DNA of 64,000 nt, taken from Anaerolineae bacterium (GTDB taxonomy: Bacteria; Chloroflexota; Anaerolineae; UBA1429). A model generated the notes under the pieces. That model was not told where the DNA came from, searched no databases, and saw only the letters and a list, made by a program, of their open reading frames with translations. The translations under genes were made by a program, and so were the position numbers. Shown here piece after piece: positions 8,861 through 18,332 of the stretch. The first letter of the stretch is position 1; every line of letters starts with the position of its first letter. The stretch covers positions 672,001-736,000 of the forward strand of contig OY776562.1 in assembly GCA_963675785.1 (NCBI GenBank), given 5' to 3'.

Positions 8861-10420
8861 CTAGAGACCGGCGATGTCAGTCATTGTGTAAAAGATGTCG
8901 GTCTGGTCATAGTAGCCGTTAAACAAGTCAGCGCCGACGCCAATGGCGGAGGTCTGAACGGGGATGCCTGTGTGAGAGTACGAGGTCCAGGCAATGCCGG
9001 CTTTTTGGTTGAGGATGGTGGTGAGCTTCATGGTAAGAGGATCATAGCCACCGTAGAGCAAATAGGTATAGTCGTCGGCAGCACGGAGTTCTTCATCCAG
9101 CATGGATTGTTCGAAACCTGCCTGCACCTCTGCGAGTTCGAGCTCGGTCAGGGCCATTGACAATGTGGTCTCGGCGTCAGCATCACCAGCTTCAGCCTGG
9201 GCGGTTAGGCTAGCACGCTCTTCTGCAGAGATGATCTTGAGGCCAAAAGCGGCTTCGATTTCATCGGCCAAATCGTTGAGGTCAGCGTTCTCGGGTGTGT
9301 GGTTCTCTTTGTAGGCATCGAGAACGGTGCCGAACGTGTCATAGGTCGAGGTCTGGTACTGGATCTTGTCAAAGAAGGTCGAATACTGCGTGCCGGCATA
9401 ACCGATAGTCATACCGCCGGTCTCATGGTCGGCCGTGGCGATGATGAGGGTTTCATCGGGGTGTTCGAGGTAGAATTGGTAGGCGACGTTGATGGCGTCG
9501 TCGAGGGCCAGGGTATCGCCGATGGAGGCAGCAGCATCATTGGCATGGCAGGCCCAGTCGATCTTGCCGCCTTCGACTACCATGATAAAGCCAGTCTCAT
9601 TGTCGAGAACTTCAATGCCCTTGGAAACGAAATCAGCCAGCGTGAGGCTGTTCTCTTCGTTGAGTATGTCAAAAGGCATAGCCTTGTCGGCATCCAGGAC
9701 GGGGTTGATGGCCCAAACCTTTTCGTCGTCAGCCGAGATAGCATTGAACTCTTCGATGGTATCGGCAACGGTATAGCCATTCTGTTCGGCCAGTTCGATG
9801 ACGCTGGACTGGCTGCCGTCATCGCCAAATTCGCGCTTGACGCCGCCGCCCGCGAAATAGTCGAAATCGCTGTTAGCCAGGGTTAGGTCGATGTTGTAAT
9901 AGTTGCTGCGGCTGGGCTCGTGGGCGTAAAACGCAGCTGGGGTGGCGTGGTCGATAGACACCGTGGAGATGACGCCAACTTCCCAACCAGCTTTCTTGGC
10001 TATTTCCGTGATGGTTTCATAGGACTCGGTGCCGTCAGCGTTCATGCCAATGGTGCCAGAGGTTGTTTTGTACCCTGTGGCGATGGCGGTGGCAGTTGAG
10101 GCAGAGTCGGGGATGACCGAGGTGAGGTCATAGGTGGTGTTCATACCTTGTGCAGGGAAGGTGTTCATCAAAAGCTGAACGTCCTCGGGGCGTTCTACAT
10201 CGGACGTAGCCGCCAGGTAGAGCTCAGCGGCATTGCGCTGGGCAACGCCCATGCCGTCGCCAATGAACAAAAAGACATACTTGGCCTGAGCAGACGAGTC
10301 GTCGGTGACTGCTGAGGTGGACTCGGGGGTGGTCGTGGCGTCAGGTGTAGCACACCCGATCATTGCGGCAATCACAGCCAGTGTGAGTACCAGAGATAGC
10401 CAGAGATGCTTCTTCTGCAT
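8861..10420 (-). CDS. phoA: Alkaline phosphatase (PhoA family), predicted lipoprotein
   Basis: Lipobox MIGC; FLFIGDGMG, PDSASTATA (catalytic Ser), HATPAAFYAH, VEGGKIDWACHAND, TADHETGG, SHTG; ATG 10420 after GGAGGG. Confidence 0.93.
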   Translation of the reverse strand: MQKKHLWLSLVLTLAVIAAMIGCATPDATTTPESTSAVTDDSSAQAKYVFLFIGDGMGVAQRNAAELYLAATSDVERPEDVQLLMNTFPAQGMNTTYDLTSVIPDSASTATAIATGYKTTSGTIGMNADGTESYETITEIAKKAGWEVGVISTVSIDHATPAAFYAHEPSRSNYYNIDLTLANSDFDYFAGGGVKREFGDDGSQSSVIELAEQNGYTVADTIEEFNAISADDEKVWAINPVLDADKAMPFDILNEENSLTLADFVSKGIEVLDNETGFIMVVEGGKIDWACHANDAAASIGDTLALDDAINVAYQFYLEHPDETLIIATADHETGGMTIGYAGTQYSTFFDKIQYQTSTYDTFGTVLDAYKENHTPENADLNDLADEIEAAFGLKIISAEERASLTAQAEAGDADAETTLSMALTELELAEVQAGFEQSMLDEELRAADDYTYLLYGGYDPLTMKLTTILNQKAGIAWTSYSHTGIPVQTSAIGVGADLFNGYYDQTDIFYTMTDIAGL

Positions 10421-10513
10421 GGTTCCCTCCAATGGAAATCAAGCGACTTTGACTAGACAAGTATCCTTGCCCTGTGTTAAGGGGAGGAAACTACAGGCTT
10501 AACTGCGGGCAAT

Positions 10514-10553
10514 TGTTTTGTTAAGGTTTAGTTTTTGTTCAGAGGTGGTTTAG
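10514..10553 (-). promoter_or_regulatory. Putative Pho-box-like direct repeats upstream of phoA
   Basis: Minus strand CTAAACC, CTGAACA, CTAAACC, CAAAACA at exact 11-bp period, plus an overlapping CTTAACA. Confidence 0.55.
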
Positions 10554-10557
10554 GAAA

Positions 10558-10582
10558 CAAAAAACCTGCCCGGAGGGCAGGT
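10558..10582 (-). terminator. Intrinsic terminator after the small ORF 10611-10820
   Basis: Minus strand ACCTGCCC-TCC-GGGCAGGT followed by a T run. Confidence 0.8.
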
Positions 10583-10610
10583 AGAGGGAGTGGTGCCTTG
10601 GTCATGCGGT

Positions 10611-10820
10611 TCAGAATGTTCTTTGTAGTGTAAGCTCAACCAATTCTCGAATGTTACTCCAGTGAACATTGGTGATGATACCATCACATGGCGCTTGAAC
10701 TGTCGCTATGCCTAGGGTTCCTAGCGGTTGTCCGGCACGTACGATCTCGGCGACATAACGATCAAAGGCCGGTCCATCGATGAGTACGTTGATGTGTTGT
10801 TCTTGCACAGTCACTTTCAA
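10611..10820 (-). CDS. Small hypothetical protein with barrel-sandwich-hybrid-like motif
   Basis: IVRAGQPLG...VQAPCDGIITNV; followed by a terminator; similar to 7382-7585; TTG start uncertain. Confidence 0.6.
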   Translation of the reverse strand: MKVTVQEQHINVLIDGPAFDRYVAEIVRAGQPLGTLGIATVQAPCDGIITNVHWSNIRELVELTLQRTF

Positions 10821-10938
10821 ATCGCTTTCTTTATCACTTCACCCGGGGTGTGCTCACAATATCCCAGGATTTCTACAACCATTCGCCATCGCTGTGTTCA
10901 TACCAGGAGAGAGTATTACTGGCGAATGGTGTTATGAG

Positions 10939-11070
10939 TGGTGCGACACGTGCGGAGTGAGGGTTGCCTATACCGGTAGCTGCAGGGGGACCGGAGAGGC
11001 TGTGGAGGATGCTGCAAGCGGATCAATGAATAATCTATTCAGTTGTCTCACTCCGCATGGTCATTCACCA
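10939..11070. ncRNA. Candidate structured non-coding element (family not recognised)
   Basis: GTGCGGAGTGAG (10950-10961) pairs with CTCACTCCGCAT (11047-11058), extended by TGGTG/CACCA; encloses hairpins CCGGT..ACCGG and TGAATA-ATC-TATTCA. Confidence 0.35.
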
Positions 11071-11148
11071 TCTGTAGGATAAAACACGCCTATTAAGAGA
11101 AAACGAATGGCGGGTAAACTGTTTGTTAACGACCAGGAAACAAATACC

Positions 11149-11177
11149 TTGACGATGGGCTACCCGGCGCTCATAAT
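11149..11177 (+). promoter_or_regulatory. Sigma70-type promoter for the pfkA operon
   Basis: TTGACG-17bp-CATAAT. Confidence 0.65.
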
Positions 11178-11211
11178 GAAAATACAATTATATGGATGAA
11201 GGGAGCCTCTC

Positions 11212-12276
11212 ATGGGCTGTGGCCTGATCGGGATTCTGACCTCCGGGGGAGATTGCCCCGGACTGAACGCGGCGATCCGGGCTGTTGGTAAAGCCGCCCA
11301 TTCCATGGACATGGAAGTGATTGGTTTTCGTGATGGGTTCCGCGGCCTCGTGGAAAACCGCACCGTACGTCTCGATAACGCGGCGCTCTCTGGTATTCTC
11401 ACCACTGGCGGCACTTTGTTGGGTACCAGTCGAGACAAACCTCATCGCTTCCCCGTAGCTAGCAGTGGCACAATGAACATGGTGCCCGTCGCAGTCGAGA
11501 ACTATTACCGTAATCATCTGGATTGCTTGGTCTGCATGGGGGGCAATGGCACGCAAAAAAACGCTCTTCGCCTGGCCAAAGAGGGCATCAACGTTATCAC
11601 CCTTCCCAAGACTATCGACAATGATATTTGGGGCACTGATGTGAGTTTTGGTTTTGATACGGCTATGGCTGTTGGGGCTGAAGCAGTAGACCGTCTCCAT
11701 ACGACTGCAGATAGCCATCAGCGCATCATTGTGGTTGAACTGATGGGGCATAGAGCTGGTTGGTTGGCTTTGGGGGCTGGTATTGCCGGTGGCGCAGATG
11801 CAATTCTCATCCCCGAGATTCCTTATTCGATCGAGGCAGTAGCTGAGGCTATTCTGGTACGTAGCCGCCATGGCAAGCGTTTTTCCATTGTGGCCCTGGC
11901 CGAAGGCGCTCGTCCTGTAGGGTATGATGAGCATGACGACGAAGAAGAGACCAACGATTTTTGGCATGTACACAGCCTTAATTTGGTAAACAAGCTGCAG
12001 GAGATCACCAAACTGGAAGCACGGTATACAGCTTTGGGGCACCTACAGCGAGGTGGCACGCCCACGCCCAACGATCGTCTCTTGGCGACGCGTGTAGGTA
12101 CGCGTTGTGTCGAGATGATCCGCGATGGCGTGACCAATTCACTCGTTGCAGTGCGTGGTGATGACTGCATAGCCCTTCCACTCGAAGAGACTGCTGGTCA
12201 GCTCAAGGTAGTGCCAGAGGATCATCCCTGGATTGAGAGCGCCAAGCTGGTGGGCACGACCTTGGGCGAGGGCTAG
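11212..12276 (+). CDS. pfkA: 6-phosphofructokinase (PfkA family)
   Basis: [51 protein letters not shown]. Confidence 0.95.
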   Translation: MGCGLIGILTSGGDCPGLNAAIRAVGKAAHSMDMEVIGFRDGFRGLVENRTVRLDNAALSGILTTGGTLLGTSRDKPHRFPVASSGTMNMVPVAVENYYRNHLDCLVCMGGNGTQKNALRLAKEGINVITLPKTIDNDIWGTDVSFGFDTAMAVGAEAVDRLHTTADSHQRIIVVELMGHRAGWLALGAGIAGGADAILIPEIPYSIEAVAEAILVRSRHGKRFSIVALAEGARPVGYDEHDDEEETNDFWHVHSLNLVNKLQEITKLEARYTALGHLQRGGTPTPNDRLLATRVGTRCVEMIRDGVTNSLVAVRGDDCIALPLEETAGQLKVVPEDHPWIESAKLVGTTLGEG

Positions 12277-12282
12277 ACCCAG

Positions 12283-13737
12283 ATGCCGGCTATCTGGTGG
12301 GCACGTCGCGATCTGCGCTTGGGAGATAATCCTGCGCTGAGTGCCGCCTTGGAAGCTGATCAACTCGTTCTTCCCTTGTTTATCATCGATCCTCAATTGA
12401 TGAATCGATATGCCACCGCTGAAAGGCGTGTGGCATTTCTTTTGCGTTGCCTAGCCAATATGGATGCCGAACTTTGTGCACGTGGCAGCCGACTATTGGT
12501 ACGTAGGGGCGAGCCTTTTCAGGTTTTACAAGAACTCGTTCGTGAGACGGGGGCTGAGCACATTTATGCCGAACACGATGTGTGGCCATATGGCAGGCAA
12601 CGTGACGCTCGCATTGCTCAAGACCTACCGCTTGATCTTGTCGATGGGGTGACACTGCTGCCTTCTGGAAGCGTGCTTAAAGATGACGGTCAGCCTTATA
12701 CGGTGTACACGCCTTATAGTCGGCGGTGGCATGAAACGCTAGAGACTAGGGGCGGTCTTGCTTCGTTGCCTTCTCGATGCTTCTTATCTCCAGAGCGCTT
12801 GCCACCCATTCCGCACGATCTTGATTCAGAATCTTTGGAGCAGGTCTTTGCTGATTTTGATGGTTTCATCCCCAGCGAGGTTGAGGCCAATAGGCGGTTG
12901 GAAGCCTGGTTTGAGGGTAACCCTGCTCCTGTGGATAATTATGATATAGAGCGTAATCGCCTCGATCTTGATCGAACTTCGACGCTTTCGCCCTATTTGC
13001 GTTGGGGTATGGTTTCGGTTCGACGTTGTTTTGCCAAGGTTGCCGAACGGTGTGCCCAGTTTGCTGGGGTATATCCAACAGGGCTCGATACCTGGGTTGC
13101 AGAGTTGGTTTGGCGAGAATTCTTCCAAGATGTGCTCTATCACTTTCCACGCGTCATCACTGAACCTTTCAAGCAAGAATATGGTGCTATTGAGTGGTTG
13201 CACTCACCCATGGAGCTGGATGCCTGGAAACACGGCATGACCGGGTATCCGGTGGTGGATGCTTGTATGCGTCAACTTTTGCATACCGGTTGGATGCACA
13301 ACCGTGGACGCATGATCGTTGCCTCTTTTTTGACCAAAGATTTGCTCATCGATTGGCACGAGGGCGAAGCTTGGTTCATGACGCAACTCTTGGATGCCGA
13401 CCCTGCTGCCAATAATGGTGGTTGGCAGTGGACTGCTGGTACTGGCACAGACGCTGCTCCTTATTTCCGCATTTTCAACCCCATCTTGCAGGGCAAAAAG
13501 TTTGATCCTGAGGGGGTTTTTGTACGTACTTGGGTGCCAGAGCTGGAGAACGTATCCACACGCTATATTCATGAACCTTGGCGTATGTCTGGTGCAGAAC
13601 AAGAGCGTGTCGGTTGCCATATTGGCAAGGATTATCCTGTGCCCATCGTCGACCACAAAATTGCACGTCAGCGCACTTTGGATGCTTATGCTGCTTCTCG
13701 CGAGCATGTTCAACAGCAAAGGGAGGTGGAATCATGA
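12283..13737 (+). CDS. phrB: Deoxyribodipyrimidine (CPD) photolyase, class I/III-like
   Basis: RRDLRLGDNPAL, TSTLSPYLRWG, ELVWREF, GMTGYPVVDACMRQL, GWMHNRGRM, NNGGWQW, YFRIFNP. Confidence 0.93.
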   Translation: MPAIWWARRDLRLGDNPALSAALEADQLVLPLFIIDPQLMNRYATAERRVAFLLRCLANMDAELCARGSRLLVRRGEPFQVLQELVRETGAEHIYAEHDVWPYGRQRDARIAQDLPLDLVDGVTLLPSGSVLKDDGQPYTVYTPYSRRWHETLETRGGLASLPSRCFLSPERLPPIPHDLDSESLEQVFADFDGFIPSEVEANRRLEAWFEGNPAPVDNYDIERNRLDLDRTSTLSPYLRWGMVSVRRCFAKVAERCAQFAGVYPTGLDTWVAELVWREFFQDVLYHFPRVITEPFKQEYGAIEWLHSPMELDAWKHGMTGYPVVDACMRQLLHTGWMHNRGRMIVASFLTKDLLIDWHEGEAWFMTQLLDADPAANNGGWQWTAGTGTDAAPYFRIFNPILQGKKFDPEGVFVRTWVPELENVSTRYIHEPWRMSGAEQERVGCHIGKDYPVPIVDHKIARQRTLDAYAASREHVQQQREVES

Positions 13738-14063
13738 AGTGGATCAGAATCATTGCCTGGATCGGCTTGTTGGCTATGACGGTTGTTTTGCTGAACGGTT
13801 TTATTACCGGGGATTTTACAGGCGAGGGGAACGTGCTACTGGGTATGTCCTGGGGCATTGTCTCTCTGGTGGATCTCTATGCTGGGTTTGCTCTCTTTTC
13901 CTGCTGGGTGGCCTATCGCGAGAAAAATCTGTTGAGGGCGATTATTTGGATCATCCTGATGATGGTATTAGGCTTTTGGGCAGGGTGTTTGTACACACTG
14001 TTGGCCAGCTATCGCGCTGGCGATGACGTCAACAAGCTCTTGCTCGGCAAACATGCCAAATGA
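13734..14063 (+). CDS. Small membrane protein, DUF1475-like
   Basis: ATG overlaps the photolyase stop, GGAGG RBS; WGIVSLVDLYAGF...WVAYRE; three hydrophobic segments. Confidence 0.75.
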   Translation: MKWIRIIAWIGLLAMTVVLLNGFITGDFTGEGNVLLGMSWGIVSLVDLYAGFALFSCWVAYREKNLLRAIIWIILMMVLGFWAGCLYTLLASYRAGDDVNKLLLGKHAK

Positions 14064-14069
14064 CGATCC

Positions 14070-15032
14070 TTGGGTGAAAACGAAAAGGCTGGTTCTGTTA
14101 TGTGGATAGTGATAGGCATAGTGGCGCTTTTGCTGGGTGGATGGATATGGGCAGAGCATGGGCATCTGCTGTTGGATTCTACGCGCCGTATGATCAAGTT
14201 ATCTGGGTGGAAACGTTTTTGGAAAGGGACCATTCTCCACGGGTACTTTTACTCGCGCTGGCCGCGCCTCTATGTGTGGCTGGGGGGGCGCAAAGTGGCA
14301 CCCCACTTGGGGCAACGCGGCGGTCGCTGGCTAGAGAAACACTATCACGGCAAGGTGGTACCCACAGAATTGGCCAAGTCCCTCATTACGGTGAACCAGG
14401 ATGTCGACCTGCGCAGCATAGAGCATGTGATTCCCTTTCCCATAGCGCGCGATCTCGTTTTGAGCGGTCCGCCGGATATCGCCGTCATTGACTGCCCCTG
14501 CCGACTTACCAGCGAACACCCCTGTGAACCCATCCGCGTGTGCATGGTGGTGGGCCAGCCCTTTGTTGATTTTATGTTGGAGCATCATCCCAATAGTTCC
14601 GAACGACTGACCACCGAGCAGGCGTTGGAGCTACTAGAAGCTGAACATCAGCGGGGGCACATCCACACGGCCTATTTCAAGGATGCCGCTGCGGACCGTT
14701 TCTACGCCATCTGCAACTGCTGCAAGTGTTGTTGTGGTGGCATTGATGTGATGAATAAATACGGCATCAACATGATTATCCCCTCGGGCTTTGTGGCTCG
14801 GGTGGATGAGACACTTTGCTTGGGGTGTGGCACCTGCGCAGAGACCTGCGCCTTTGGGGGCATGTCGGTGATCGATGGCATTGCCGCGCTGAATTGGGAC
14901 AACTGCGTGGGCTGTGGTGCTTGCGAGGCGACCTGCCCGGCTGGGGCTATCATTTTGGCGCGCGATGAGGCCAAGGGTATTCCCCTGGATATCAACGCTC
15001 TGCTTGCTGAAAGCAAAGAACCTGCTCAATGA
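14070..15032 (+). CDS. Membrane-anchored 4Fe-4S binding protein
   Basis: N-terminal TM; CPCR, ICNCCKCCCG, CLGCGTCAETC, CVGCGACEATCP; start may be ATG 14100. Confidence 0.88.
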   Translation: MGENEKAGSVMWIVIGIVALLLGGWIWAEHGHLLLDSTRRMIKLSGWKRFWKGTILHGYFYSRWPRLYVWLGGRKVAPHLGQRGGRWLEKHYHGKVVPTELAKSLITVNQDVDLRSIEHVIPFPIARDLVLSGPPDIAVIDCPCRLTSEHPCEPIRVCMVVGQPFVDFMLEHHPNSSERLTTEQALELLEAEHQRGHIHTAYFKDAAADRFYAICNCCKCCCGGIDVMNKYGINMIIPSGFVARVDETLCLGCGTCAETCAFGGMSVIDGIAALNWDNCVGCGACEATCPAGAIILARDEAKGIPLDINALLAESKEPAQ

Positions 15033-15048
15033 GAGCAGGTTCTTTTTT
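15015..15048. terminator. Intrinsic terminator, likely bidirectional
   Basis: AAAGAACCTGCTC / GAGCAGGTTCTTT followed by more T. Confidence 0.8.
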
Positions 15049-15062
15049 CCTGATTGGGGTAC

Positions 15063-16055
15063 CTAGGCCATAGTTGCTAGCATATCCAGTGTGACTTCGT
15101 AAGGATCCCCTTCGCCCTTGGCCCAATTTGCAAAAGAACTCAGGGCATAGTCGGCCATGCGTATGACCTCATCGTTCAATGAGCCAGCTATGTGCGAGGT
15201 GAGGAACACGTTGGGTAGCGTATAGAGTGGTGAACCTTCTACTGGGGGTTCGGGGAAGGTTACGTCCAGCAGGGCGATGATATCCTGGCGTTCTTTGAGC
15301 ACCCCAACCATCTCCTCCTCGACGATTTGTGCGCCGCGCCCCGTATTGATGAACACCGCATTAGGTCGCATCATCTTGAAATGCTCGCCCTTGATAGAGC
15401 CCACGGTGTGGGGGCGGTTGGCCATGTGGTTGCTCACCACATAACAGGTCTTAAAGGCCTCTTCCAAGCTGACACGACGAACACCCATGGCATCTGCTTC
15501 TTCTTTCGTCATGTGTGAGGAAACTACGCAAACATCGAGCACGAACGGTTTGAGCAGGTCAATCACCAACTGGCCGATCATGCCCACACCCACAATGGCT
15601 ATGGATTCACCATAGACGCCGGGCCCTTTGTAGGCCGTACGCCAATCATCGGGCTTGTGCAGATCCTGAATATTCTGAAAGTACCCCTTACTTGCTAACA
15701 GAATCTGTGCCACGGTGTATTCGGCAACGGGCACAGCATTGGCCGCCCAGGCGCTAAATACCTTGACGCCTTTGTTGAGAAATGGGCGGGCAAAAGCCTG
15801 AACGCTGCCAGCAGCATAAAAAACCGCCTTGAGATTGGGGAGCAGATCAACTTGCTCTTCGGTGAGTTGCGGGAATCCCCAGGTGCCAAAAGCGACATCT
15901 ACATCTTTTAGCTTGTCGACATGTTCCAAGAGGGTTTCGGAGCTGACAACGTCTGGATAAAGATCAGTGAGCGTGGCCAGATTTTCACGACGCCCTTGGG
16001 CCCAAACATAATCGACACGTTCTGTACTGTCGCCGAGGATAACGGATTTGAACAT
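15063..16055 (-). CDS. D-isomer-specific 2-hydroxyacid dehydrogenase family protein
   Basis: NAVPVAEY, GVGMIG, FINTGRG, LDVTFPEP, TSHIAGS. Confidence 0.92.
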   Translation of the reverse strand: MFKSVILGDSTERVDYVWAQGRRENLATLTDLYPDVVSSETLLEHVDKLKDVDVAFGTWGFPQLTEEQVDLLPNLKAVFYAAGSVQAFARPFLNKGVKVFSAWAANAVPVAEYTVAQILLASKGYFQNIQDLHKPDDWRTAYKGPGVYGESIAIVGVGMIGQLVIDLLKPFVLDVCVVSSHMTKEEADAMGVRRVSLEEAFKTCYVVSNHMANRPHTVGSIKGEHFKMMRPNAVFINTGRGAQIVEEEMVGVLKERQDIIALLDVTFPEPPVEGSPLYTLPNVFLTSHIAGSLNDEVIRMADYALSSFANWAKGEGDPYEVTLDMLATMA

Positions 16056-16096
16056 GTGGCAGCTCTCCTGTATGTGAATACGATGCAGTGTCTCAC

Positions 16097-16124
16097 ACTA
16101 TATCTCTAGAAGGGGCTTGGTCAA
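16097..16124 (-). promoter_or_regulatory. Sigma70-type promoter for the dehydrogenase
   Basis: Minus strand TTGACC-16bp-TATAGT. Confidence 0.5.
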
Positions 16125-16211
16125 GTGTCAAAACTCGGACTCATGCCAGCGTTTTGCGTCTTTCCAAGAGCAGGATTTGCGCGTGAATAAAGAGCAACTG
16201 CTAATTCGTTC

Positions 16212-18332
16212 TTACTGGATGCCAAGTTCGTGCAAGCGTGTCAGCAGAGCAACTGATGTTAACGGAGGGTAGAGGATACGTTCTGCGGGCACATCGGGCA
16301 AGTCCCTGCTGTGGCCAGCATAGTGGAATAGTTCAAAGTCTGATCGTATTCGTCGGGCAATCTGTTCAAACCATGCAGGGTCTAGGTGACTGATGGATAC
16401 ACTGGATATGACCAGATCGAGGCGATTGGAATGATCGCGAATGATGTTTAGTGCGCTCTCCCAGTTACCTACGCCCCTGGTTACATAACCAACAGCAGAC
16501 GCAACTTCTATGAGATGCTCCAATTCTTGTAGCTGTGGGGCGATAATCAATGCTTGCGGCAGATTCCGGGTATGTGGCAGACTGTCTGGGGTACCCTCAT
16601 CTCTCATTGTGCCAAAGGTGCTTTCTGCCAGGGGGATATATAGCTCAAAACAGGCACCTCCGTTAGGCACGTTGGTGACCCGCACAGAACCCTTCATACG
16701 AGCGATAAGTCCAGACACTTCGGCCAAGCCCATGCCGGTATGAACGGAAGGGTCTTTTGTAGTGAAAAAAGGCTCAAAGATGAGCTCAAATAACTTTTCG
16801 TTGATGCCGGGCCCTGTATCCGTTATGCGTATGCATCCAGAAGCGCTATTCACATAGGGGTTAGTAGCTTGTTCATGGTTTGAGGTGATGGTGATGGTAA
16901 GAGTGCCCCCTTGTGGCATGGCCTCACGGGCGTTGACTGCGATATTGACCAGAATCTGGTGGAGTGCCGTAGGATCGGCCTGACAGATAATGGGTTTGGG
17001 AGGGGTATTTATGATAATGTTGATATCAGCGCCTAGCGGACCCCGAAGCATACTGATTGTAGACAAGGTGATGCTGATCAAATCGACAGGGTGTGGTGTC
17101 AACGATTCTGCGCGGCTAAAGGCAAGGAGCGGCGCGGCGATCTCTCTTGCCTGAGTACAGGCATTAGTAATGGCATTGATCTCGGGGTGAGCAGGGTGGT
17201 CTATCGGTAGGGCTTCTCGACAAAAATCGGCATACCCAGATATGACGGTGAGTGCATTTCGTAGATCATGTGTAGCACTGCCGGCCAACTGTCCCAGAGC
17301 CGCGAGGCGACTTGATAAGCTCAATGCCCCGATCATTTCTTGACGCAGTGATGAATCTCGGACAAAGAGGCAAGTTCCTAATTGTTCTTTATCAGTATAA
17401 AGGGTCCCTTCAGACACCCACACCGGAATACTTTTCCCATCCTCAAGAGAAAGCTGTCCATCACATATTGCCCCCGCACTAGTTCTATCCCATACAAGTA
17501 GATCAGAAATGGGACGATCGACGTTCTCCTGTGGATTGATACCTGTCAATCTCTGTGCAGCGAGATTAGTCTCTTGGATTCTCTTGTTCTCATCTAGCAG
17601 AAAGACGGCATCCGACATGTTATTGACGATAGCATCGACCGCCGATTTTGCATCGAAAAAGTTGCCCTGCATTCGCATCGCGAGAGGTACTCCCAACAAC
17701 AACGCAAGAGATAAAAGTGGGCCATTGAGATTCGGCGTAGAGCTTTTAGCTGCTGTTAGAATAAGGTGGGTTGTATTCGCGAGGATCAGGGCTATTGCAA
17801 AGGTGTAGAGTGGTAGCGCCACGCGCTTTCTTGTCCCAGGGTTCTCGATGCTAGGTATGATGTTTGCGATTTTTGCGAGAAACCACAAACCAAGCAAGAG
17901 CAGCCAGCCGTGTACGCCGTATCGAACGCCCTGCGGCATTTGTGCGAGCTGATTCCCCGCTATAGAAGCGTTTGCATCCAAAATGAGTTTGTAAACGCAT
18001 GTTCCTATCGTTAAAAGCCCCGTCGAGATCAAGATGATATATCTGTATCGTTTTCCTATCGGTTGTATGCACTGAACGATAGACAGCATTGCTACAATAG
18101 CCAAGCCCACGGCATATGGCCCGAATGACACCAGAGAAGCCAGTATGCGAGCGGTTCCAGCATCGACTAGGGCTATGCGCAGAGCAATAACAATATCCAA
18201 AAAGCCAATTCCGATACATCCCAAGGCATAAGAGAGGTGTAATCGGCTTTTGGGACGGGAACTGAGGACAAGCGCAGCACAGAATTGCACGGCGACGCCG
18301 CAGAATAGGTCAAGAACGACAAGAGCGCTCAT
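16212..18332 (-). CDS. Membrane hybrid histidine kinase (TM sensor, PAS, HisKA, HATPase, degenerate receiver)
   Basis: [41 protein letters not shown]; C-terminal domain reads DLVISSVS. Confidence 0.9.
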   Translation of the reverse strand: MSALVVLDLFCGVAVQFCAALVLSSRPKSRLHLSYALGCIGIGFLDIVIALRIALVDAGTARILASLVSFGPYAVGLAIVAMLSIVQCIQPIGKRYRYIILISTGLLTIGTCVYKLILDANASIAGNQLAQMPQGVRYGVHGWLLLLGLWFLAKIANIIPSIENPGTRKRVALPLYTFAIALILANTTHLILTAAKSSTPNLNGPLLSLALLLGVPLAMRMQGNFFDAKSAVDAIVNNMSDAVFLLDENKRIQETNLAAQRLTGINPQENVDRPISDLLVWDRTSAGAICDGQLSLEDGKSIPVWVSEGTLYTDKEQLGTCLFVRDSSLRQEMIGALSLSSRLAALGQLAGSATHDLRNALTVISGYADFCREALPIDHPAHPEINAITNACTQAREIAAPLLAFSRAESLTPHPVDLISITLSTISMLRGPLGADINIIINTPPKPIICQADPTALHQILVNIAVNAREAMPQGGTLTITITSNHEQATNPYVNSASGCIRITDTGPGINEKLFELIFEPFFTTKDPSVHTGMGLAEVSGLIARMKGSVRVTNVPNGGACFELYIPLAESTFGTMRDEGTPDSLPHTRNLPQALIIAPQLQELEHLIEVASAVGYVTRGVGNWESALNIIRDHSNRLDLVISSVSISHLDPAWFEQIARRIRSDFELFHYAGHSRDLPDVPAERILYPPLTSVALLTRLHELGIQ

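Noticed and set aside
10939-11070. tRNA or tRNA-Sec interpretation (ends in CACCA)
   Set aside because: Too long, with no TTC T-loop or anticodon arm geometry.
10780-11082. 100-aa Cys-rich plus-strand ORF across the structured region
   Set aside because: No RBS or family motif, and it overlaps the better-supported minus-strand microprotein.
11188-12042. 284-aa antisense ORF, and similar long antisense ORFs at 26491-27486, 36709-37476, 58257-58955 and 59772-60614
   Set aside because: Each fully overlaps a well-supported gene on the other strand and has no recognisable motifs; expected from codon bias.
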